Virus record (IMG/VR): IMGVR_UViG_3300021254_000033 | Coordinates: 14,586-78,585 of that record | DNA from: a virus | Taxonomy: Duplodnaviria > Caudoviricetes | Strand: one strand, 5' to 3' | DNA: 64,000 bases | In this document: in pieces, positions 10,701-20,800 of the stretch | Layout of the letters: every line of letters begins with the position of its first letter | Numbering within the stretch: the first letter of the stretch is position 1 | Translations under genes and position numbers: made by a program | Notes under the pieces: generated by a model | The model's input: only the letters and a program-made list of their open reading frames with translations | Told to the model about the DNA's origin: nothing | Databases searched by the model: none

Positions 10701-13700
10701 AGCGGATAAGGCACAGTCTGCTTATGATGAACTTTTAAATACTAAGGCGTCTTATAATGATTTACAAGAAGGGTTAGCAAATTTAACTACTGGTACACAA
10801 GAATGGAGTAAAGCTTTAGTTGAAGCAAATCAACAAGTATTAGATTTAGTAAATAAATATCCCAAACTTTCTCGATATTTAGAGATGGGGGATAAAGGTC
10901 AACTTTCTATTAGTGACAAAGGTTGGAATTATGTAGAAGATTTAGCCGAAAGAGGAGTAAAAAATAGTCAAGCAGCATTAATTAATAATCAATTAAGGTT
11001 AGAAAAATTAAAAGGACGGCGTGCGAATAATGATTTATTTAATGCTGTAGAAAATGAAACAAATCAACGTCTTGCTTCATATATTTCTAAACGAAGGAAT
11101 GACTCAATCGAAGAGCTGGTTTCTGGAGAGAATTTTGCAAAAACCTTCAAGAGCAAAGATAATGCCAATCTTCGAAGACTGGCACAAAGGATGGATATAT
11201 CTGTTGAGCAAGCATATAATTTAAGAGATTCTTTTGCGGAATATAATGCCGCAATGGTTGAGCGAGATGCTACCACAAAAAATTTGGCTAAATCATTATT
11301 AACTGCTTCTTCTTCTAAAGAGGTCTTAGATTACAAGTTTAGTGACCAATTGTTTTCTGGTATTTCAGAAAATATGATTTCTGATAGTTATGATAAAGTT
11401 TTAACTTCTGCTGCATCGGAAATTTCTGATGTTAGTAGTGAACGTTTTAAAACTCTGGCTGAAGATTATGGCGTTTCAACTGAAATGGTTGGTAATGCAC
11501 AAAAAGATTTAGAAACTCTTTATGCTGCTATGAAAAATATTGATGTTAAATCAGTTTCTGAAGCACAATTAAGTACAAAAGAGTTATCTAATGAAATTGC
11601 CGCGATGTCTCAAAGTGATGTAATTTCAGAAAATCTCGATGTTTTAACTAAAAAATTAAGAGGACTAGATGAAAATACTGAGAGACAACTTGCTGGATTA
11701 TTTTCAGGTGATTTTTTAGATTTAACTGGTGAAGAAGTCGCAAACTTAGATGTTACTGGATTAACTTCTACTTTAAAAAATGCTTTAGGTGACCAAGCTG
11801 ACAGTATTATGCAGTCTTTAGGGTATGAAAGTTTTGACTCTTTTGCTCAAGGAGTTGCTGATAATAAAACTGCATTACAAGAGGCTTATGCAAAAAATAT
11901 TTCTGATACATTAAAGAAAATTAATAAATACTCAGATAATTTGGTTTCTAAACTTGGAGAAGATGGTACAAAAACTTTATTAGAAGATTTTACCATAACT
12001 CAAGAAAAATTTAGAGATATGGGACTTGAATTTCAGTCTATGGCAAATGGTATTTTTAATTCTCTTGAAGGAACAGAAAATATTGATATGATTTCTGCAG
12101 GATGGCAGAGTTTTATTAAAGCTATAGATGAAGGCGCGACTGCAAGTCAAATTTCTGAAATGTCTAATTGGATCCAAAGTATTGATTGGTCCAATCCCAT
12201 TGAAGGAGCTTATGCTTTAGGAGAAGCAGCAAATTCTAGTAGTCAACAAATTAAAAATATTGCAAACTCTATGAAAGAGGTTCAAGGAGATACCTATGAT
12301 GCCGCCAGTCAAATGGATTATTTTCTAAAATCTGGAGATTTTGAATCTATGAAAGAAGATTTGAAAGATATTTTAAATGCTGGCGAAGAAATTACTGGAG
12401 CAGATATTAGAGGTCTTACTAAGAATTATAAGAATTTAGATAAGATGCTTAAAAATACTGGTATGTCTGCTTCTGCATTAGGAAAAACATTAACCATGAT
12501 AAATGATGGTTCTTTAAAAGAGAACCAATTAACAAATGCTGTTCTTGCTGCAATTGGAGCATACAATGAATCGGAAGATGTCACTGCTTCAATTATGGAA
12601 AGCATTTCTAATTTTGATCCTGGATATAATGAAGGTGAAATAGCTGGTTTTATTAAATCTTCTAATGAAGCAATTTCAGAGTTAATGAATACTGGATTAT
12701 CTGGTAGTCAACAAATAGGTAATTATCTTGATTATTGGTTTGGTGCAGACTGGGATGCTGGTATTAAAAATGCTGATGAATATACCTCAAAAATTCAACA
12801 ATTAAATGGAGTTTTAAGTCAAAATACTGAGAATATGGCCGCCATGTGGCAACAATTTGCACAAGGCAAAGATGCTTTTGGAAATATGATAGATCCTAAT
12901 ATTCTTAATAATTTAGGATTTTCAGTTGCTAATGGAAGGCTTAATTTAGATGCAGGTACCTCTCTTGATGATGTTATTAAGGGATTACAGCGAGCAGGAT
13001 ATACAAAAAATATGGCAGAAGCCATGCTTAGTGATGCAACAGCTAGATCTCCTGAACTTATGCTTGATTTACGCGCAAGAGAACTTCCAAATGCAATCGA
13101 AAGAGCGAGGGAAAATCTTCCTAGTTTTGGTAAAGATCTTTTTATTATGGATGAAAGTGAAATTGATGCTATTGCAAAGTTTTATGGAGAATCATCAGAT
13201 AAAATTAAGGCGATGCTCCAAGAAAATGGAAAAACAATTTCATTTGTTGATTTATATGATGAATCAGGTAATTTAAAAGATGTAGAAAGCGTTTGGGATC
13301 AATTAGGGTCAGCTTTTGGGTATAAAGATGAGTCAGTAAGAGTTTTTGATAATGATACCAAAACTTGGAAAAAAGAAGGCAAAACCGCAGGTGAGAATTT
13401 TAGAGATGGTTTTAATGATAAAGGGGTTTTGGATTTAGCTGGTTTTGAAAAAATGGCTAAAAAATTAAGAATCCCAGAAGAAGGTCAGAAAGCTTTAAAA
13501 CAAGATTTAGTTCAATCTTTCGCGGACGGCGCGCAAGAAGGAGTAACTCAATCTCTTACTTATCTTTCCGAAGTCACTGGTAGAGAAGAAACTATTCCAA
13601 TACAATTTGATTTAGAAGGTGATCCTGTTGAACAGGCTGAGGCTGCAATTAAAGCCAGAGAGTTAGAACTTGAAGCAAAAGTTAATGCAGATGCAATAAT

Positions 13701-16695
13701 GTCAGCTTTAGAAGGAATAGAAATTCATATTGGAATTGATGAAAACGGTTTAGTAGGAACAATAACTCGAACGATTGAAAGTGCTAGTGGACAACCAACT
13801 CTTGAGCAACCTAATAGTGGACCTATTACATCAGCAATAGCATCAGGAATTAGAAATGCACCAAAAACCGTAGCATTAAATGCCGTTATAAATGGACTGG
13901 GAAGTGTAGCGAGTCAAATTAGTGCAATAGTTAATAGAAGTTACACTGTTTATATTGGTACGGCATATACTGGGGCTTCTGGAGGACCAATAGCACCTTA
14001 TAGACAAGCAGGTTATAATGGTCGTGGAGCAAAAGGCGTAAAAAATGCTTCTCATAGTTCCATCTTTTTAACTGGAGAAGAAGGACCGGAAATTCACCAG
14101 TTAGCAAAAGGGGGTTATTATATCACTGGTACTACAGGACCCTCTATAGATTATGTAAATAAAGGAGATACAATTTATACAGCAGAAGAAACTGAGAAAA
14201 TTTTGTCTGGTAATAGACGATCCATAACTCGTAAAAGATTTTCATCAGGTGCAAATGGATCTTCTAGTTCTGCTATTTATCCGACAAATTCTACCTCTTC
14301 TAATAGTTCTTCATCAGGTTCTGCTTCTAATAAAAACAAAAATGCAACTGAATCAAAAACTACAGCAAAAAACACTCAAAAAGCCGCAGAAGATGCCGAA
14401 AAATGGGAAAACTCTTTTGACCACCTTTATAATCTAACCCAAGACATCAATGCAGAACTTCGAACTCGTGAAAAACTTGAAAAACAATATAATCGTTATC
14501 AGAAAGAAAGAATTCCTATTGGAAAAACATTAGCTCAAATCTCTAAATCTGAACTTTATTCTCTTGAGCAACAAAGGAAACTTCAAGAACAAATGCTTGA
14601 GGAAAGAAAGAAAGACATCAAAGATACTGAAGAGAAATATAAAGATTATAATCAATACGCTCATTATAATTGGAAAGACCAGACTATTGAAATAGATTGG
14701 GATAAAATTAATGCTGTTACTGATAAAGATCAGGGTGAAAAAATTGAAGAGTATATCGATAAATTAGAAGAAATTCAAGACCAAATTCAAGATACCGAAG
14801 ATGCGATTGATAAAATTTATGATGATATGCAGGAAATTAGAGAGCGTGGAGAGAAAGCAAATAGAGAATTACAAGATGATGTATTAAAAGCACTAATTGA
14901 CCAAGAACAAAAACAAATTGATTTACAAGAAAAAACAAATCAAGCTATCTCAGATGCTGCAAATGATTTACATGAAGCAATTAGCAAGAATATAGACAAA
15001 ATGCGCCAAGACCGTGATAATGAGCGTAAAAAGGAAGACTTAGCAGAAAAAGAAAGACGTCTTTCTTATTTGAAGATGGATACAACTGGTGGTAATGCTC
15101 TTGCTATTAAACGACTAGAGAAAGAAATAAGAGACGAAAGAGAAGATTTTAATGACGCTTTAGTTGACCAAGCATTGAGTAATATGCAAGAACAAAATGA
15201 AGAGGCTGCAGACCAAAGAGAAAGACAAGTTGAATTGCTACAAGGTATATTAGATTTTCAAACAAAAATTGGATATTTTGCTAAAAAAGCTGAAGAAATT
15301 GTTGATGCAGGAACTAAAGATGGTATTTTAATGAAAGATAGTAAATTGTATGATTTACTTGTTACTGAGAATGAAGATTTTTGGACTAAGTCTATACCAT
15401 CTAGAAATGAATTTATTAGTGAATTGGCAACAAGAGTTGCTGAAAAATTCCAAAAGGATGAGTTAATAAATTCTGAAAGAAATCTAAATAACGGTGGTTA
15501 CATGACACAAATGATGAACGCCACTAGCGCAGAACAATTTAGACAAGCTGAAGAAGCAAGAAATGCTTATGTTAATGATCATCCTGAAGAAGGTTGGGCA
15601 ACTACTGGCTTCTCTGAAGCATATCAAGAAGGACAGATTAATAAAAAAGGATTAAACAAAGATTTAATATTAGGAGGAAAAGACTCAACTGGATATGTAT
15701 ATGATTTCCAAGCATTAATGAATAAAGCAATAAAAGAAGGAAAGTGGGAAGAAGCCGCGATGTGGGAAGGATATCGTGACTTAAAACTTCACTTACTCAA
15801 TAGAGATTCTGAAAGAACTTATGGCTCTCAATCTGCTTCAGCTTATGCAAATGCTACCGGGAGTAGAACTTCTAGTGGTGAATACGGTACCGCAAAAGAC
15901 CAAGGTGCATCTCATGGTACAAGTATACTTGAAGAAAAAGCTAAAAAATTATATGAAGCAAATATTGCTAATTTACCTGAACCGACAACTGCTGGTGGAT
16001 ATATGGAATTAATGCAACAAGCAATGGATAGAGGGCGTTTTGATGAGGCTTTTGCTTATGCTAAAAAGAGAGACGCTAAAATTGGTGCAACTGGTAAAGC
16101 TTATAATGAACAAGATTCATTTGCATATGTTTACAGAAAATTTGCAGGCTATGGAGATAATTGGCAAACTGCTTGGGATGAATATCAGAAAGGTTATAAT
16201 AAAGGTTATGAAGATAATAAAGATTATAAAGCATTAGCAATAGAAGCTATGAATAATAGCAAATGGAAACAAGCCTTCTATTATGCAGGTCAAAGAGATA
16301 ATAAACTTGCTACTGATCCAAGTGTTGCCCAGTACAGATCGGATAGAACAGATGATACTTGGGAATACGTATTCAGAAAATGGAACGGAAAATTTAAAAC
16401 TGGTGGCTTAGTTGAAGGAACAGGTCTTGCTTGGCTTGATGGTACGCCTTCCCGTCCAGAATATGTACTGAATGCTGGACAAACTCAAGCCTTCCTGCGG
16501 CTGAGTGATATGATTAGCAACTTAGGCTCTACATCTACTCAACAAACAGTTGGTGATACTTATATTAATGTAGATATTAATGTTGATCAAATTGCTAATG
16601 ATTATGATGTAGAAGCTGCCGCTGAAAAAGTTAAACAAATTATTTATCAAGACAGTATGTACAGAAATGTAAATAGAGTTAATCTTTTAAGATAA
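7726..16695 (+). CDS. Tape measure protein (TP901-family core, long coiled coils)
   Basis: 2989 aa; TMP core around ETAVVTDFSVSDMW..LYYQQG; hydrophobic Gly/Ala segments; typical C-terminus FKTGGL..AWLDGTPSRPEYVLNA. Confidence 0.92.
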   Translation: MAGNHFSVTFDAQMNVSQIKGAINDMKKGLEGLKLPDNMEKKIGNIFSNMSDELKRFESLAARDLKSPADFNKLNQSGEKILHLYQRLRTEISSLSDMPQKSLEKLFPSSITNNIDKATAALKKYKEAQAQITNELSNRQSTLEKKQKELSTAESKHKEYMDKTTYKQETGRLEDLLKQRQLLDSELNRRAEGGRQRKSASDYTGYDMKKLKSEYSAVTQEVDKLQQKLSKVTTNAITATNSESNITRLKTEIKELQDAINSLEGEGRLNLDNLFSALEGIDGIDLSNVERNANGAQEAINKLNAKGAQELLNNLNKIGSTVDNQKGAFDGLENSMHQVGAEVEAADAKFRDVSAIKSRIAAFLSVESAVRLFRRAITSSFETIKELDATMTETAVVTDFSVSDMWKQLPRYTKMANELGVTTNEAYKAATLYYQQGLSTNQAMAVSNETLKMARIAGIDAADATDYMTAALRGFNMEINEVSAQRVNDVYSKLAAETASDTEELSIAMSKTASIAANANMEFENTAAFLAQIIETTREAPETAGTAMKTIIARFSEVKSLFSQGQLLGTDEEGEEININKIDTALQNVGISLKDFLNGSIGLDDVLLQLASKWDTLDLATQRYIATTAAGSRQQSRFLAMMSNYSRTVELVDKAYSAEGAGQEQFEKTLDSMETALARLKNAWDQFAMGIMNSSIAKGGIHALTGFLEIINKLTSGLGDLGNTVTKLGLGIGAFQLGRGLFDILTSQRKGEKIKSISGKQLVNFKNIGVNFKNDLFETVQEGLNSPSSKKLSLSKALSGFFKGSTINAEQIKAAINRDRPDVAQFSNRYAEVALETFRERGREGLAELEQEWGVSFNSLEETAAKAQLLGVAATFAGGAMLKLGNALESAGHTKAAEVFDTLGTAVMTAGVALSSLSVIIPAIGNLFPALGAKIAAAGLLGLSGWLWIAGIAAAVGAIGFLTYKLVKGIKANSLEGQIESTEKAVQRSREEADKAQSAYDELLNTKASYNDLQEGLANLTTGTQEWSKALVEANQQVLDLVNKYPKLSRYLEMGDKGQLSISDKGWNYVEDLAERGVKNSQAALINNQLRLEKLKGRRANNDLFNAVENETNQRLASYISKRRNDSIEELVSGENFAKTFKSKDNANLRRLAQRMDISVEQAYNLRDSFAEYNAAMVERDATTKNLAKSLLTASSSKEVLDYKFSDQLFSGISENMISDSYDKVLTSAASEISDVSSERFKTLAEDYGVSTEMVGNAQKDLETLYAAMKNIDVKSVSEAQLSTKELSNEIAAMSQSDVISENLDVLTKKLRGLDENTERQLAGLFSGDFLDLTGEEVANLDVTGLTSTLKNALGDQADSIMQSLGYESFDSFAQGVADNKTALQEAYAKNISDTLKKINKYSDNLVSKLGEDGTKTLLEDFTITQEKFRDMGLEFQSMANGIFNSLEGTENIDMISAGWQSFIKAIDEGATASQISEMSNWIQSIDWSNPIEGAYALGEAANSSSQQIKNIANSMKEVQGDTYDAASQMDYFLKSGDFESMKEDLKDILNAGEEITGADIRGLTKNYKNLDKMLKNTGMSASALGKTLTMINDGSLKENQLTNAVLAAIGAYNESEDVTASIMESISNFDPGYNEGEIAGFIKSSNEAISELMNTGLSGSQQIGNYLDYWFGADWDAGIKNADEYTSKIQQLNGVLSQNTENMAAMWQQFAQGKDAFGNMIDPNILNNLGFSVANGRLNLDAGTSLDDVIKGLQRAGYTKNMAEAMLSDATARSPELMLDLRARELPNAIERARENLPSFGKDLFIMDESEIDAIAKFYGESSDKIKAMLQENGKTISFVDLYDESGNLKDVESVWDQLGSAFGYKDESVRVFDNDTKTWKKEGKTAGENFRDGFNDKGVLDLAGFEKMAKKLRIPEEGQKALKQDLVQSFADGAQEGVTQSLTYLSEVTGREETIPIQFDLEGDPVEQAEAAIKARELELEAKVNADAIMSALEGIEIHIGIDENGLVGTITRTIESASGQPTLEQPNSGPITSAIASGIRNAPKTVALNAVINGLGSVASQISAIVNRSYTVYIGTAYTGASGGPIAPYRQAGYNGRGAKGVKNASHSSIFLTGEEGPEIHQLAKGGYYITGTTGPSIDYVNKGDTIYTAEETEKILSGNRRSITRKRFSSGANGSSSSAIYPTNSTSSNSSSSGSASNKNKNATESKTTAKNTQKAAEDAEKWENSFDHLYNLTQDINAELRTREKLEKQYNRYQKERIPIGKTLAQISKSELYSLEQQRKLQEQMLEERKKDIKDTEEKYKDYNQYAHYNWKDQTIEIDWDKINAVTDKDQGEKIEEYIDKLEEIQDQIQDTEDAIDKIYDDMQEIRERGEKANRELQDDVLKALIDQEQKQIDLQEKTNQAISDAANDLHEAISKNIDKMRQDRDNERKKEDLAEKERRLSYLKMDTTGGNALAIKRLEKEIRDEREDFNDALVDQALSNMQEQNEEAADQRERQVELLQGILDFQTKIGYFAKKAEEIVDAGTKDGILMKDSKLYDLLVTENEDFWTKSIPSRNEFISELATRVAEKFQKDELINSERNLNNGGYMTQMMNATSAEQFRQAEEARNAYVNDHPEEGWATTGFSEAYQEGQINKKGLNKDLILGGKDSTGYVYDFQALMNKAIKEGKWEEAAMWEGYRDLKLHLLNRDSERTYGSQSASAYANATGSRTSSGEYGTAKDQGASHGTSILEEKAKKLYEANIANLPEPTTAGGYMELMQQAMDRGRFDEAFAYAKKRDAKIGATGKAYNEQDSFAYVYRKFAGYGDNWQTAWDEYQKGYNKGYEDNKDYKALAIEAMNNSKWKQAFYYAGQRDNKLATDPSVAQYRSDRTDDTWEYVFRKWNGKFKTGGLVEGTGLAWLDGTPSRPEYVLNAGQTQAFLRLSDMISNLGSTSTQQTVGDTYINVDINVDQIANDYDVEAAAEKVKQIIYQDSMYRNVNRVNLLR

Positions 16696-16716
16696 AAAGA
16701 TTATATGGTAAAAAAG

Positions 16717-16764
16717 ATAAGGGTACTTATAGATAGATAAATAAGTCTATCTATAAGCCCTTAT
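16717..16764. promoter_or_regulatory. Long intergenic hairpin between TMP and distal tail gene
   Basis: ATAAGGG(TA)CTTATAGATAGA / TCTATCTATAAGCCCTTAT: 19 bp with a 2-nt bulge, no U-tract, just before the RBS. Confidence 0.6.
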
Positions 16765-16781
16765 TAAGGAGGTAAGATGAA

Positions 16782-17885
16782 ATGAGTGCGCAAAAAGGAG
16801 ATTTTATAGGGTTTACATTTGATGGTATTCATTCTTCAGAGTTAGGAATTATTATAACGAGTGAAGGAAGCAGATTTTCAGAAAATTTATTCCCTACAAT
16901 TCAAGATAAAACTACTCAGATTCCTGGCGCAGATGGTACTTTTTTCTTTGGAAGTTATTATACTCAAAAGCAATTTGCTATTCCTATTGCTTATGATGAT
17001 ATGAGTGAACAACAAATTAGAAGATTAAGAAGTTTATTTGGAGATAAAAAAATTCATGATTTAATTTTTGATGAATCTCCATATAAAGTGTATAAAGTAA
17101 AGACTATTGGTTCGCCAAATTTAAAATATATTTGTTTTAGTGAGCCGCCGGAAGCAACATCTCGTGCATTAACGAATAAAATTGAATTATATGGTGTTTC
17201 TAATCCTGATACATCAGGTCGTATATATAAAGGAGAAGGAAGTCTTTCTTTTATTTCTTATGTTCCTTTCTCAAATAGCAGATATAAATTTTTAGATGAG
17301 TATACAACTAGTACAGTCCCTATTTGGGATGCTTCTTATAATAATAAAGATGAATGGAAAGATACCAGTAGAATGGTAAATAGTACTACTTCCGTATCCA
17401 GCGGCGGGTCTACTTATATTATAGATAATTATGATTTTAAGTATACTCAGGGTGGTACTACACAATATCTTTCACCAGGTAATATTTTAGTATACAATGC
17501 AGGAGATATTGATACTCATTTCAAAATTTTTCTTTATTTTGAGTCAGGTCAATTTCCTGGATGTGTTTTGGGAACAAATAATAGTGATTATTTTGGTAAG
17601 ATGACTGTGAAAGATTTTACTTTAGCTTCTGGAGATAATGGAATTTGTATTAATACAAAACTAAATTTAATTGAAGGAGTTAAATATACTTTTGGAAGTA
17701 ATGATAGCGTTACTTCTATTGAACAAACTGGAACAATTTATAATAAATATATTACAGATGGTGATTTCTTTAAAATAAAACCAATGGAAGAGCCAGCTTT
17801 AATGCCTATGGTTATTACTGATTTCTCCACAGCAAAAACAGAAAAATGGATTGGTAGTATTGATTACAAGTATTATTATATTTAA
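16782..17885 (+). CDS. Distal tail protein (Dit-like)
   Basis: Follows TMP; N-terminal FIGFTFDGIHSSELGI..IPGADG motif typical of Firmicutes siphophage Dit. Confidence 0.75.
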   Translation: MSAQKGDFIGFTFDGIHSSELGIIITSEGSRFSENLFPTIQDKTTQIPGADGTFFFGSYYTQKQFAIPIAYDDMSEQQIRRLRSLFGDKKIHDLIFDESPYKVYKVKTIGSPNLKYICFSEPPEATSRALTNKIELYGVSNPDTSGRIYKGEGSLSFISYVPFSNSRYKFLDEYTTSTVPIWDASYNNKDEWKDTSRMVNSTTSVSSGGSTYIIDNYDFKYTQGGTTQYLSPGNILVYNAGDIDTHFKIFLYFESGQFPGCVLGTNNSDYFGKMTVKDFTLASGDNGICINTKLNLIEGVKYTFGSNDSVTSIEQTGTIYNKYITDGDFFKIKPMEEPALMPMVITDFSTAKTEKWIGSIDYKYYYI

Positions 17886-17894
17886 GGAGGAGTA

Positions 17895-20800
17895 ATGGAG
17901 TTTAACAAACCTTACAAGATAACCTTATGGGAAGATGAAACTTCTTATTTGGTTCAGCGCGGAAATGAGAAAATTGTTGTAACAGAACTACAATCTTCTG
18001 ATACAATTATTAATACTTGGAATAGTGAAAATTGTATTGCAATTATTGGTTCTGATACTATGGATACACCAATTCGCGCCTTCGATCCTGAGTTAAAAAT
18101 GGAAATTAATGGGAAAAAGACATTGAGTTTTTCTATTGTTTTTAGATATTGGGATTATGAAGAAGAAAAGTTTAAGTTGAATCCTTTTGTTAATTTGTTA
18201 GTAAACGAAAGAAGAGTTAAACTTTTTTATAAAAACGAATGGCATGAATTTGTTATTAAGCAAAAAGAAGAAAATAGTGAAAAATATATTTTTAGTTATA
18301 CTTGTGAAGATATTTATTTAACTGAATTAGGAAGAAACGGTTATGAAGTTGAACTGAATAATGAATTAGAAAATAATGTGGGAACCGCGGTTCAGCTTGG
18401 AGAGAAAATTTTAACAGAGAGTGATTGGGAAGTTGCTCCTATTGGTGAAGGTGAAAATGACAGTGATGCTATTATTCAAACCACCAAAGAAGGACTATAT
18501 TTATTTAAAATTGCTAATTCAATAACCGCTACGTGTTTACAAGATTTTGAATATGATGGAGTTGTTGTTGAGGAAGGCACCACAAAAACTATCCCAGCTA
18601 ATTCTACTATTTATATTTTCTATTCAACTTTTGTTAATAAAGAAAATCCTATTCAGTTTCTTTTTGTAGAAGATAACCACTACGCTTTGGACGATCATGG
18701 TTTTATAATGAATAGTCCAAATTGGTCTTACGAAGCAAGTAGCTTACCTAATTTCTATGGGGTCAGCGCAGAGCAACTAGAAAATCCAGATGTTTTGCAG
18801 TTGAATATGTCCTCATATTTTGGTAAGAAAGTTTTTAATATGCAAGAAACTATTTACCTGACAGAAATAGATAAATATTGTACTTCGTATATGAAAAATA
18901 ATACGAAGTATTACTGCTATAAAGAAACTCAATATGCTTCTATAGCTGAAATTCAAAATATACTGGTAAATACGGAAGCATTTTTAGATACAAATGGTTG
19001 GGGAAGTTATAGTAGCACAATTAATGCTTATTTACCTACTGCTGGTGGGTTAAATGGTCAAATGGTTCTTCAAATGAATTTAACCCCTGGATGGGTCGCT
19101 TATGAATCTTTTTCTGATGCTGAAGCCGCGCACGCTGAAGGTAAAAGAGTTTATTATAAAGATGGAGAAAAATATATATTAGTTAGACCGACCGAAACTC
19201 TTATTTCTAGTAATACTTATTATAAAAATGAAACTTGTTATAATACAGGGTTTTTTCATAATAGGCAATTGTTAAGAGAAATGGTGGCTAGTGACGAAGA
19301 TACCTTTGTTTTGATGTTACAAATGGATAGTGCAGATGATCCTACTCTTTCTGCTGTTCGTGCGGAAGTATATGCAGAAGAAGTTACCGAGGATGGTATG
19401 GGAAATGATTTATTAATTCAATTTGATGGACCTGGCACAGTAAATCAAGACGGTTATTTAACATTATTTGGCAAGGTGAAAAGAAGTATTTCTTATACTA
19501 CTTTATTGGATACTTATACTAATGTTACTTTTTATTTGTATGGTAATGGAACATATAGTGTAGCCAAGGCTTTATGTTTTAAGAAGCTACTAGATGCAGA
19601 TGGGAATCTTATTATTCCAGATTTACAGACAACTGCAGATACTATTATTAGAGAAAAATATTATTTCTTTACAGCAGACCAAATAGATAATACAATTAAT
19701 TCTACTGATGATTTAGTATATGCGGCAATTCAATATAATGACAATGGTTTTGAACCTTATTATCCTTCCTCAATGGAAAAAATTACTATGATTGAGGGAG
19801 AAAAAAGTAATTACTTTAATTTAATTCAAACCATTTGTGAGAAATTCGAATGTTGGGCAAAATTTATCATTGGTCATGATGAACAAGGTGCAATTTTAAA
19901 TTATTATGAATTAACCCAAGATACAGAAAGAAAACAGGGAAAAACTTATTATATCCCATCTAGTGATAATCAATTACAAGATGAGGATTATTATAATCAT
20001 GAAAAATGGGTAATTAGTTCTGCTGATTCTGTGAGTGGTTTATATGAAAGAAAGGCTTCAAAAAAAGTGGCTTTTAAGGAATATATTGGAAAAGATAATC
20101 TTGTTGGTTTTAGATATGGAATTAATTTAAAATCTATTGTGAGAAACGTTGTTTCTGATGATATTACAACAAAATTAATTGTTGAGCAAAACTCTAATGA
20201 ATTTGCCAAGGATGGTTCTTGCACTATTCAGAAAGCAGCGCTGAATCCATCTGGCGAAAACATGATATTTAATTTTCAGTATTTTATTAATCATGGTTTG
20301 ATTGATGAAGTAGAATTAAACAAAGATTTGTATGGATCAGTTGATAAAACTGGAATTGCTTTATTACCTAACTTACATGATATTAATAAAAAATTAGCAA
20401 AGATTGTATCAGAAGAAGCAGAAATAAAGTTTTCAATAGACGATGTTAATAATAGTTTGTTAATTTTAAAAAACCAAGATTCTGAAGCACAAGAAGCATT
20501 ATCAAAATTAGTTCAAGATATAGAAGCAACTGGATATTCAGATTATACTCCTGCTATATTGGAAAAATTTGAATATTTAAGAGATTTGGTAACTAAACAG
20601 CAATATAATAATGCTGTTATAGATACTTATGATGATATTTTAGCTAACTTAGAGGATTTATATGTAGCATATCAATCAAGATTAGAATATTTAATTGAAC
20701 AAGAAAAAAATTATAATGAACAAAAGCGTATTTTAACAAAGGAATTTTATAAAAAATATGCAAAATATATTAGAGAAGGTACTTGGATTTCCGAAGATTA

